Source: Spirochaetaceae bacterium (GTDB taxonomy: Bacteria > Spirochaetota > Spirochaetia > DSM-2461). From it: a stretch of 64,000 bases of DNA. Every line of letters starts with the position of its first letter. Position 1 is the first letter of the stretch. Position numbers and translations under genes: made by a program. Shown one piece after another: positions 40,827 to 51,828 of the stretch. The notes beneath the pieces were generated by a model. That model saw only the letters and a list, made by a program, of their open reading frames with translations, was not told where the DNA came from and did not search any database. The stretch lies in contig JAOPTT010000004.1 in NCBI GenBank assembly GCA_051531975.1, forward strand, positions 96,001 to 160,000, given 5' to 3'.

Positions 40827-41420
40827 TTAGCCTCTATAATTTAGAGCAGATTTAAAATTATGTTTGTTAGTTATGAATATTTGTTTTTTGAATGATATAA
40901 AGTCAATATCCCCATCTAGTTTAAAAACTTCTTTTTCATCAAGATCTACTAACATATTATCAGTTAAAACAGTGTTTGCAAATTGTCTAACTTTTTTTGT
41001 ATTCCAAGCGGCTGAAACTTTTCTAACTGAGTATAATTCCTGATCATCAAATATTAATCTTGCTACATAAAACCAAGATCCTAATAGTTCATCAGGCGTT
41101 ATTGCTAGTTCGGGTTTAGGTGTTGAATTTATAGTCTGAAGAATTTCATCAAAGTCAGTTTCACTATTTTCTATAACTAGGGCGTTATTTGGTTCTTCGT
41201 TATTTTCTTTTTTTAGATCTGTAATACTTTTTATATAATAAATTTTATTTGTAGTTATTCCTTTTAGCTTAAAATGTAGATCACGTTCTAATTTTAGTTC
41301 TTTAATACTGTATTTTGCTTTTTTATCTCTAAGGGTTCGTTTGACTATAAAAAAGGTTAATTTTGCATCATGCCAGTTTACCTCTTTTAGATTGTCTAAT
41401 ACTTGATCCATTTCTTGCAC
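40827..41420 (-). CDS. Kiwa KwaB-like (DUF4868) protein, C-terminally short, no kwaA partner
   Basis: FFIVKR...AKYS, ETDF..I, ELLGSWFYV, VRK.S..W.TKK, LVDL...VFKLDG.IDF, K.NF.SALNYR match my recollection of DUF4868 proteins; start re-assigned to GTG 41420, 6 nt from a GGAG RBS. Confidence 0.62.
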   Translation of the reverse strand: MQEMDQVLDNLKEVNWHDAKLTFFIVKRTLRDKKAKYSIKELKLERDLHFKLKGITTNKIYYIKSITDLKKENNEEPNNALVIENSETDFDEILQTINSTPKPELAITPDELLGSWFYVARLIFDDQELYSVRKVSAAWNTKKVRQFANTVLTDNMLVDLDEKEVFKLDGDIDFISFKKQIFITNKHNFKSALNYRG

Positions 41421-41461
41421 TTTTTTCTCCAAACTTTTTTTATATACTAATAACCCTTACT

Positions 41462-41488
41462 ATATCGGCATAAATACTTATAACTAAA
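41462..41488 (-). promoter_or_regulatory. Possible sigma28 (FliA) promoter for the KwaB-like gene
   Basis: Minus strand TTTAGTTA-N11-GCCGATAT vs consensus TAAAGTTT-N11-GCCGATAA. Confidence 0.5.
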
Positions 41489-41713
41489 TAGGGAAAATCC
41501 CTATGTAAAATGAATAAATGACCTCATATACGGATATCAGATGTGATGTTATATTTAAATCATATTAAAAAGTTAAATAAATAAAGTTGATTAAAAGAAA
41601 GTATTAAGAAAAAAGTTTAAGTTTTATTTAAAAAAAGTAAGAGCAATGTTTATTTCAAAAAGTATTTTTTAATTAGTATTCTAAGGGAATGTAATGGTGC
41701 AGTCCCTTTTTTT
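41488..41713 (+). repeat. Dispersed intergenic element, copy 2
   Basis: Box 1 41488-41504, box 2 41510-41527, TATATT 41550-41555, terminator 41683-41713. Confidence 0.93.
41562..41713 (+). ncRNA. Putative small RNA, copy 2 (~152 nt; 6 AAAGU motifs)
   Basis: Same architecture as copy 1; terminator AAGGGAaTGTA-atgg-TGCAgTCCCTT + T-run. Confidence 0.62.
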
Positions 41714-41831
41714 ATGCCCTTTTTCTATAATTAATCACACTGACAAATTAAACTTATTCGGTTGTCTATAACATTTACAAAAGCCTTAAAGAAATTACTT
41801 ATTCAAATCTCCTATTAGTGGTTGTTTTTTG

Positions 41832-41860
41832 TTGACAGCGAGCAATTGCTCACTTAGTAT
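41832..41860 (+). promoter_or_regulatory. sigma70 promoter with a palindromic operator in the spacer
   Basis: TTGACA-17-TAGTAT; spacer contains GAGCAATTGCTC (41840-41851). Confidence 0.75.
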
Positions 41861-41914
41861 ATTGTAGAGCTCTATCTCTACAAGGTATAAAACCAATATT
41901 AGGAGAAACATAAA

Positions 41915-43921
41915 ATGAAAAAATCTACAAAAAGAGGATTAATTATCCTTGGAGTGATTATCTTATTAATAACATATGTTGGAGTAACTGTTTCAGTAGA
42001 TCTAAAAAATAACAATGCTATTGTAAAGATTCCACGTGATAAACCTGAAAGTGGTGAAGGGAGAGGTAGTGTTGGTGATGTCCTTGGTCAGATTATTAGG
42101 GACGGAGAGTACACCTCTAGTATGATTAGAACCATTGATTATTTAAATGGTCGACATGACTGTGCTGATTTCCGACTTCCTGTAGCTATGCACCTATTAT
42201 ATGAATTCCCTGATAAACTAACAAATGAAGATCTTACTGATTTAAAACAGGCAGTTTTAAACTTTAAATATTGGATGGAAGACCCAGGTTATGACAGTAT
42301 GTGTCACTGGAGTGAAAATCATCAGATTCTTTTTGCAACAGGAGAATATTTAGCCGGTCAGTTATATCCTGATACAGTTTTTACTAATACAGGAGAGAAG
42401 GGGTCATGGCATAAAGAAAGAGGTAAGTCCCGGGTTTTAGCATGGCTTGAACAACGTTGGAACCATGGGTACATAGAGTGGAATTCCAATACATATTATA
42501 AAGAGGACATCGCACCACTTGCAGCACTAATTGAGTTTTCTGGGGATGATGAGGTACTAATAAAAGCACAGATGGTTATGGATCTTATGATGTACGATAT
42601 GGCAAGCCAATCCTTTAAAGGGGCATTTGTTTCAACTAGTGGACGATCCTATGAAACTAAAAAAATGGCTGGTCATCAATCATCCATGAAACGTTATACT
42701 GAGATTTTAAGTGGATATGACGTAGATTCTAATTTTCCAGAAGACATTTATGGTGGTAACATGGATATAACCTTCATGACTTCTAAGCGATATGAAATTC
42801 CTAGTGTTTTCAAAAAAATAGCCAGAGATGATAAAGATACTAGAATTATTAAAGCATCTACAGGTTTAGATTTAACAGAGCTTAAAGGATATGATCTGAT
42901 AGGACAGGAACCACACCAGATTTTAATGCAGTGGGGAATGGAAGCCTTTAGTAATCCTGAGATTGTTAATAACTCTATTAAATATATTGAAGATAATGAA
43001 ATGTTTAAAAACTCAGACCTTTATGCCTTTAAGGACTTTAACTTCAAGATACTTAAAAGATTAAACTTAATACCAACTATAAGTAAGCTGATAAATCCTC
43101 AATCAAACGGTGTTGCAATCCAGAGAGCTAACCAGTATCTATATAAAACCCCCTATTATAGTATCTATACTGCTCAGGCATATCACCCAGGTTTTTATGG
43201 AGATCAACAACATATTGCAGGTGTTACATTATCTAATGATCTTAGTGTTTTTAATGCACACCCAGCAGTTGATGAGGGTGATCGTGGACCTAATGGCAAC
43301 TCGCCTAAATACTGGGTTGGCCAAGGTCACTTTCCTCATACTGTTCAACATGAGAATGTTAACCTATCTATCTACCGGACTCCTAAAAAGAAAGGTATGA
43401 TGGAGGCAAAGCTTCTTGATTATACCCATGGATATTTTCCAGAGATACAATTTGATGAATCCTCCATCGAGGGCAACTTAGCTTTTGGTAAGTTAGGAGA
43501 TGCTTATATCGCTTTTATAACGACCAACGATCTTAGTTACAAAAAGTATGAAGAGATTACTCGGGATTGGCAGGGTGAGAATTATGATCTAATCCAACCA
43601 GGGAAAGAGGTTTACTGGATTACGGAAGCATCTGATGTAACTGTTGATGGTTCATTTAGTACTTTTAAATCTAGAATTAAAGAACAAGCAAAAACTATAA
43701 CCTACGATGGTAAAAAAATCTCTTATACCTCTATGGGTAGAGAGTTAAACCTAGAGTTTAAAGGTGACTTTAAGGTAAACGGCGAGGTTATGGATCTTAA
43801 TTACGATCGTTTTGATTCTCCATATATTCAGGCTAACCGAACACCAACTGAGATGACGTTTAAGTTAGGTGATAAAGAGTTATACCTAAACTTTAAGAAG
43901 ATGATTCGAGAATATAACTAG
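41915..43921 (+). CDS. Membrane-anchored conserved hypothetical protein (possible polysaccharide lyase/heparinase-like fold)
   Basis: 668 aa, N-terminal TM anchor, R.DCADF, WSENHQI, EWNSNTY, GDQQH motifs; AGGAG RBS; fold is inference. Confidence 0.6.
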   Translation: MKKSTKRGLIILGVIILLITYVGVTVSVDLKNNNAIVKIPRDKPESGEGRGSVGDVLGQIIRDGEYTSSMIRTIDYLNGRHDCADFRLPVAMHLLYEFPDKLTNEDLTDLKQAVLNFKYWMEDPGYDSMCHWSENHQILFATGEYLAGQLYPDTVFTNTGEKGSWHKERGKSRVLAWLEQRWNHGYIEWNSNTYYKEDIAPLAALIEFSGDDEVLIKAQMVMDLMMYDMASQSFKGAFVSTSGRSYETKKMAGHQSSMKRYTEILSGYDVDSNFPEDIYGGNMDITFMTSKRYEIPSVFKKIARDDKDTRIIKASTGLDLTELKGYDLIGQEPHQILMQWGMEAFSNPEIVNNSIKYIEDNEMFKNSDLYAFKDFNFKILKRLNLIPTISKLINPQSNGVAIQRANQYLYKTPYYSIYTAQAYHPGFYGDQQHIAGVTLSNDLSVFNAHPAVDEGDRGPNGNSPKYWVGQGHFPHTVQHENVNLSIYRTPKKKGMMEAKLLDYTHGYFPEIQFDESSIEGNLAFGKLGDAYIAFITTNDLSYKKYEEITRDWQGENYDLIQPGKEVYWITEASDVTVDGSFSTFKSRIKEQAKTITYDGKKISYTSMGRELNLEFKGDFKVNGEVMDLNYDRFDSPYIQANRTPTEMTFKLGDKELYLNFKKMIREYN

Positions 43922-43940
43922 ATATATCAATTGTTGATAT

Positions 43941-43963
43941 AAGGAGCCCCTTGGGCTCCTTTT
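43941..43963 (+). terminator. Intrinsic terminator
   Basis: AAGGAGCCC-ctt-GGGCTCCTT + TT. Confidence 0.75.
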
Positions 43964-44022
43964 AAATATAGAATAATAAATTTTCTAGACGGAACTTGTA
44001 TTACGAAAGTAGTGTAGATTTA

Positions 44023-46200
44023 TCACTCAACATCAAAATAAGATATTTCAGATATAATACTAGACACCATCTCTTTATTGGTTAAACTAACGTTCATTAT
44101 ATCATCTACAGCAGTTTTTATTTCAGAAGTACTCGATGTAATTTCATCTATTTGAATAGTGCTGTCCTCTGCCATCTCTTTAAGTTTTATCACTTCGGAT
44201 AGTACAAGAGAGCTTCCAGCTTGGATCTCAGAGGCTCCGCCTTTAACAGTGATTGCAATCTGGCTCATATGATCCAAAGATTCTAGAATCTGCTCGCTGC
44301 CCTGCTTCTGTTCAATAACTGCCATTCTAACTTCTTCACTTCTTCCATTAACTGTTGATATCATAGTTTGAATATTTGTAAAACTATCTACAGTATCTTT
44401 TGAACTTATAACTATATCATTAATCAATATATCAATGTTTTTTAGAATATCTGAAACTCCACGACTCTGTTGAGTTGTAGACTCTGCTAATTTTCTAATT
44501 TCGTCAGCAACAACACTAAAACCTTTTCCTGCTTCTCCAGCATGAGCAGCTTCTATTGCTGCATTCATTGCTAATAGATTTGTTTGACTTGCTATATTGT
44601 TAATGATCTGGTTCGTCTGCATTAGTTTTTTTGACTCCTCAGCTATAGTTTTTATCTGATTACTACTAGTGTCTACTTTTTGCTGACCCAATTTACTTGC
44701 TTCTGTTAAATCCACAGTTGATTGATAAACCCTGTCCATATTTTCTGAAACACTAACTATTGATCCAACCATCTCTTCTATTGAGCTTGAGGATTCTGTA
44801 ATTTGATTATTTTGTTTGTTAATAGATTCATTTAAAGATTCAATATTACTGGAAATTTCTGTTACAGCAGCAGTTACCTCCTCAACACTATCTAGTTGTG
44901 ATCTGAAATGACCATTTATTGAGGTTATATTTGATGATACTAAAGATATTGAGGCACTAGATTCTTCAGAACTTGAAGACAGAGTGTCGCCAACTTCTCC
45001 TAATGATATACAACTACTTTTATTTTTTCCTATAATTTGAATTAACTTTTTAACCATTCCCATAAATGATATTGAGAGATCGCCAAGTTCATCATTCTTA
45101 AAAAGAGGTTTAGCTCCATGTTCCGTATCAAAATCTACTTTTAGATCACCATTAGCTACTTTTGTTACTACATTTTTGATAGCTAATATAGGTCTATAAA
45201 TATCCCTAATAATATAAATGCTAAAAAGTACTAAGCAAGTAAGTATAATTGTAATAGAGATGATATATAACCACATAGATCTTTTTGCCAATGATTTAAA
45301 GCTAGTTATAGTTAAATAGAAGTCTTCAATTAGTTGCAGTTCTACATCAAGCATAAGATTAATCTTTTTTGACATAAGATCGTACCAATGAGTTGGATCA
45401 ATTTTACCAAGTGTATCAGAACCCGCTTTTTCAAAGGCTATATCTCTTAGCCTCTGTACTTCTATTACAACATCTCCACTTAATGATTCATTATATATTT
45501 TTTGTTGGTGTGGTTCAGCGTCCGAGAGAAAAACATTAATAAAAACATCTTGACTTACTACGAGATTATTAAAGGTTTTGAAACCTTCAAAATCCAAACG
45601 GTCTGCGGCAAAGGCACTACTTAGAACAGCTCTCTCAATTCCTGCCCTCTCTTTTCCCATAAGAAAATTACTATATGCATTTAAACTTTTTCTAATTTCA
45701 ACAGTAGGAGTATTATATCCAATATAACGGATCAGATCTAAAATCATTTTATGCAAGTCTGTATACCATTTGATTCCTACGTCTATGCTTAAGTTATCTT
45801 TATTGATACTTTTTCTATGACTAATTAATCCTTTAGTTTCAGCTATAAAATTATTTACTTTCGTATTAAATTCTGACCCAAATGATTCCGTGTCAATTTC
45901 TGATAAATAAGTTATTAATTCATTAAGCTTTTTATCAGTGAGAAGTCTCTGTTGTGGTAGTTCTGATGTAAACTTAAGCCCAGCGCTACCTATAAATCCG
46001 GCAGTCATACCACGTTCTTTCTGAGATTCATGTACAAAAGCGCTCATTTTTACAGATATTGTAGTTAATATTTCCGAGTTATTAACATCCCTTAAGTGAG
46101 TTGTTAGATTAGTTATAGTGATAGCTGAAAAAAATAGAATTATTATCATTGGTAATATTGTAAGTAAAGATATTTTGGATTTGATTGTAAACCGTTTCAT
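44023..46200 (-). CDS. Methyl-accepting chemotaxis protein with NIT (nitrate/nitrite-sensing) domain
   Basis: VHESQKERG...GF and [12 protein letters not shown] motifs; [21 protein letters not shown]. Confidence 0.9.
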   Translation of the reverse strand: MKRFTIKSKISLLTILPMIIILFFSAITITNLTTHLRDVNNSEILTTISVKMSAFVHESQKERGMTAGFIGSAGLKFTSELPQQRLLTDKKLNELITYLSEIDTESFGSEFNTKVNNFIAETKGLISHRKSINKDNLSIDVGIKWYTDLHKMILDLIRYIGYNTPTVEIRKSLNAYSNFLMGKERAGIERAVLSSAFAADRLDFEGFKTFNNLVVSQDVFINVFLSDAEPHQQKIYNESLSGDVVIEVQRLRDIAFEKAGSDTLGKIDPTHWYDLMSKKINLMLDVELQLIEDFYLTITSFKSLAKRSMWLYIISITIILTCLVLFSIYIIRDIYRPILAIKNVVTKVANGDLKVDFDTEHGAKPLFKNDELGDLSISFMGMVKKLIQIIGKNKSSCISLGEVGDTLSSSSEESSASISLVSSNITSINGHFRSQLDSVEEVTAAVTEISSNIESLNESINKQNNQITESSSSIEEMVGSIVSVSENMDRVYQSTVDLTEASKLGQQKVDTSSNQIKTIAEESKKLMQTNQIINNIASQTNLLAMNAAIEAAHAGEAGKGFSVVADEIRKLAESTTQQSRGVSDILKNIDILINDIVISSKDTVDSFTNIQTMISTVNGRSEEVRMAVIEQKQGSEQILESLDHMSQIAITVKGGASEIQAGSSLVLSEVIKLKEMAEDSTIQIDEITSSTSEIKTAVDDIMNVSLTNKEMVSSIISEISYFDVE

Positions 46201-46277
46201 ATGGATTTCCTTGTAATAACCTCTTATGATATTGGTTATTATTACTATTATAAGCTAAATAATAGGTTGTTACAAAT

Positions 46278-46901
46278 CTAATGAGCTTTTTTCATTTTAT
46301 TATTCTTATAAGTCTGTTGAAGTTTTACCATTTGTCTGAATATTGATATTAACCCATCGGGGTTGATATCCTTATTACATACTCCAGATTCCTGTAGCTC
46401 TTTAATTAAGAAATAAGTTGACTCAATTGTTGAAAGGCAAAAATTTGCAGGCTGTTTTTTTATTTCAAAAGCCGATCGATACTCTTTTTTAAATGATAAT
46501 TTGGGCAGATTCAGAAGTGATGGGCTTCTTGTTATCATTTTTTTTGCAAATGACCATGTTGCATCAATTAAAAAAATCAATAATTCCCTATCTTCCCCAT
46601 ATTTCTTAAAATCAAATGTTTGAGCAAAATGTGCATCTTCATCGGGGTAGAGAACCATAGGAAAATATTCGGGACTGTTTATTAGTTCTTGTACTCTTAT
46701 GTTATTATCAAATGTTTCATCTATAATTATTTCTGAATTAACTATTGTTAAACTTGCTAACCGACCAGTACCTGTTTTTTGTTTATAAGCTTCTTTGGGA
46801 TGCATTAAAAATACAAACTTAATATTAGGCTCAAAAGGTTCTATATATTTGCAATAACAAGTTTTAATGGGCCTATAACATTTGTAACACTTCGTAATCA
46901 T
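46278..46901 (-). CDS. DTW-domain tRNA-uridine aminocarboxypropyltransferase (TapT/YfiP family)
   Basis: CxxC...CxC, MHPKE, TGRL, LYP, IDATW, LSTIES. Confidence 0.88.
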   Translation of the reverse strand: MITKCYKCYRPIKTCYCKYIEPFEPNIKFVFLMHPKEAYKQKTGTGRLASLTIVNSEIIIDETFDNNIRVQELINSPEYFPMVLYPDEDAHFAQTFDFKKYGEDRELLIFLIDATWSFAKKMITRSPSLLNLPKLSFKKEYRSAFEIKKQPANFCLSTIESTYFLIKELQESGVCNKDINPDGLISIFRQMVKLQQTYKNNKMKKAH

Positions 46902-46934
46902 TTAAGCAGTCTACCATAATTTCCCTATTTATAA

Positions 46935-47159
46935 ATAGGGAAAATCCCTATATAAAATGAAGAGTATGCCTCATGTCCTAAATTAGAATGTGGGTGTATA
47001 TTTAGAACATATTAAAAAGTTATATAAATAAAGTTAATTAGAAAAAAGTTTTAAGAAAAAAGTTACTTATTTATTTAAAAATGTAAGAGCAAAGTTTATT
47101 GAAAAAAGTAAAAATTTATTTTGAAATCTAAGGGTCGTAACAGTACGATCCTTTTTTTT
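46935..47159 (+). repeat. Dispersed intergenic element, copy 3
   Basis: Box 1 46935-46951, box 2 46957-46974, TATATT 46997-47002, terminator 47130-47159. Confidence 0.93.
47009..47159 (+). ncRNA. Putative small RNA, copy 3 (~151 nt; 6 AAAGU motifs)
   Basis: Flanked by two minus-strand genes, so the + strand promoter and terminator serve no CDS; terminator AAGGGTCGTA-acag-TACGATCCTT + T-run. Confidence 0.68.
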
Positions 47160-47166
47160 GTCCATT

Positions 47167-48027
47167 TTATTTTGTTACTCTAAAATGATATGGCGAAATC
47201 CCAGTATTCTTTTTAAATTGAGATGAAAATTCATATTGTGATTTGTAACCAAGTTCATCTGCTATCTGTTTTATTGATCTATCCAGGGATATTAACATCT
47301 GACAAGCCATATCAATTCTTCTTCTAACTATATACTTCCCAGGAGATACTCCAATACTCTCTTTAAATACTTTTCTAAATGATTCATAACCTAAGCCATT
47401 ATTATTACAATACTCTATTAGATTTATACGCTGGCTTAAATCTTTAGTTAAATCAGAACAGCTTTTATCTACCACTTTCTTAGGGATATCTCTTTGATCT
47501 TTAAGTTTACACTGGTTAAATATGCTTTGTAAAAGAGTTATACTTTTGATTAACAGGTCAGGTAGTTCAGATTCGGCGCAGTTTTCTAGTTTTATCATAC
47601 AGTCAAAAATGCTATCTTCTATAGTTTTATTAGGTGCCAGTTTATATACAGGGATTGTTCTATTTATGATTCTCATAGATACCAAAAAGTTAAATATTTC
47701 TGTACCAAAATCCATATAACACTCAGACCACTTACTGTCAGGATCTAATATTGTAGTATGAGTTTCTCCTGGGAATCTTTGGAAAATTGATCCAGATTTT
47801 AATTTGTATTGATTCCCTTCTGAATCAATATATAAACCAGAACCTCTAATTACATATATTATAGAATAGTAGTAGAATTTAGAGTCTTTTTCATCAATCT
47901 TCTTACCAAATTTATGTAAAAAACCAAAACCTAATTGCCCTCCAGCTTCATTTATACTAACCGACCGTATTACTTTGTTGTCTAGTGTATTATCTATTCC
48001 TTTATAACTCATAATACAAAATACCAT
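47167..48027 (-). CDS. AraC-family transcriptional regulator (divergent from beta-galactosidase)
   Basis: Cupin-like N domain; FRKVFK...GVSP, IADELGY.SQY.FS..FKK.TGISP; exact start uncertain. Confidence 0.9.
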   Translation of the reverse strand: MVFCIMSYKGIDNTLDNKVIRSVSINEAGGQLGFGFLHKFGKKIDEKDSKFYYYSIIYVIRGSGLYIDSEGNQYKLKSGSIFQRFPGETHTTILDPDSKWSECYMDFGTEIFNFLVSMRIINRTIPVYKLAPNKTIEDSIFDCMIKLENCAESELPDLLIKSITLLQSIFNQCKLKDQRDIPKKVVDKSCSDLTKDLSQRINLIEYCNNNGLGYESFRKVFKESIGVSPGKYIVRRRIDMACQMLISLDRSIKQIADELGYKSQYEFSSQFKKNTGISPYHFRVTK

Positions 48028-48087
48028 TTAACACATCTTTTATACCAGACAATATATTTCTTTTTCCTGGTTATGGCTTATTATTAA

Positions 48088-51210
<3,123 letters not shown>

Positions 51211-51215
51211 AAAAG

Positions 51216-51245
51216 TGTGAGTCTTTGTATATACAAGGACTCACA
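51216..51245. terminator. Hairpin between convergent lacZ and sugar operon
   Basis: TGTGAGTCTTTGTA-ta-TACAAGGACTCACA. Confidence 0.7.
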
Positions 51246-51258
51246 TTGAATTCAGGGG

Positions 51259-51828
51259 TTATATTTCTCTAGAAACTTTGTTGATCTTTTTTATATAATC
51301 TATGGCATTTTCAATTTCTTTGTCAAAATTCTTTCCAGTATTAAAATAGGGCATATCCAGTTTTATACATTGTTCATACATCTTTTTACTTTCAGATAAA
51401 AATAGTTTTAAGATTTTTCCCATTTCAATATCATCAGTCTCGTTTGTCCAATCTTTCTCTCTTTGATGGCTTCTTAATTCTTTTAGTTTTTCATTTACTG
51501 TTAATTGATGATAGCCAAGGTATATAATTGGGATACCTAATTTTTCTACATATTTTTTATAGTCATTTGGAAATAATTGATATAAATCTATAACAACATC
51601 AATATCTTCATAATTCACATGAGAAATAAACTCAGCCACAAATTTCGCCAATATTGGACTAAACTCAATATTATTATCTTGATGTTTCATTCCTGTGTCA
51701 GGATATAATCTCTCTAAAGTAGAGATGATACTATCAAAAGGTATATAATTCATGTTGAGTTCTGTACAAATACGCTTGCAGACTGTAGTTTTTCCAGATC
51801 TGGAAGCACCAGCAATTATAACAATCAT
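51259..51828 (-). CDS. P-loop NTPase / small kinase-like protein
   Basis: IIAGASRSGKTT Walker A; overlaps the GH15 stop codon (ATGA). Confidence 0.7.
   Translation of the reverse strand: MIVIIAGASRSGKTTVCKRICTELNMNYIPFDSIISTLERLYPDTGMKHQDNNIEFSPILAKFVAEFISHVNYEDIDVVIDLYQLFPNDYKKYVEKLGIPIIYLGYHQLTVNEKLKELRSHQREKDWTNETDDIEMGKILKLFLSESKKMYEQCIKLDMPYFNTGKNFDKEIENAIDYIKKINKVSREI

Noticed and set aside
40682..41713. Type III toxin-antitoxin (ToxI/AbiQ-like) RNA array
   Set aside because: No ~35-nt near-identical pseudoknot repeats, and no same-strand toxin CDS read through the terminator (downstream genes are antisense or have their own promoter).
40682..47129. CsrB/RsmY-type sRNA, or intrinsically bent DNA from phased A-tracts
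   Set aside because: No GGA motifs in the bodies; the A-tract period is ~14 nt, not the 10-11 bp needed for additive curvature.
40608..47159. Three repeats as a CRISPR array or CRISPR-like repeat-spacer unit (conserved palindrome + 22-nt variable segment)
   Set aside because: Copies are 0.9 and 5.4 kb apart with whole genes between them, no cas genes are present, and the 22-nt variable segment sits exactly where a -35/-10 promoter spacer would be.
40608..47159. Repeats as MITE/IS ends or integron attC-type sites
   Set aside because: No terminal inverted repeats bounding the element, no visible target-site duplications, no transposase or integrase in the window, and the internal layout is directional (promoter to terminator).
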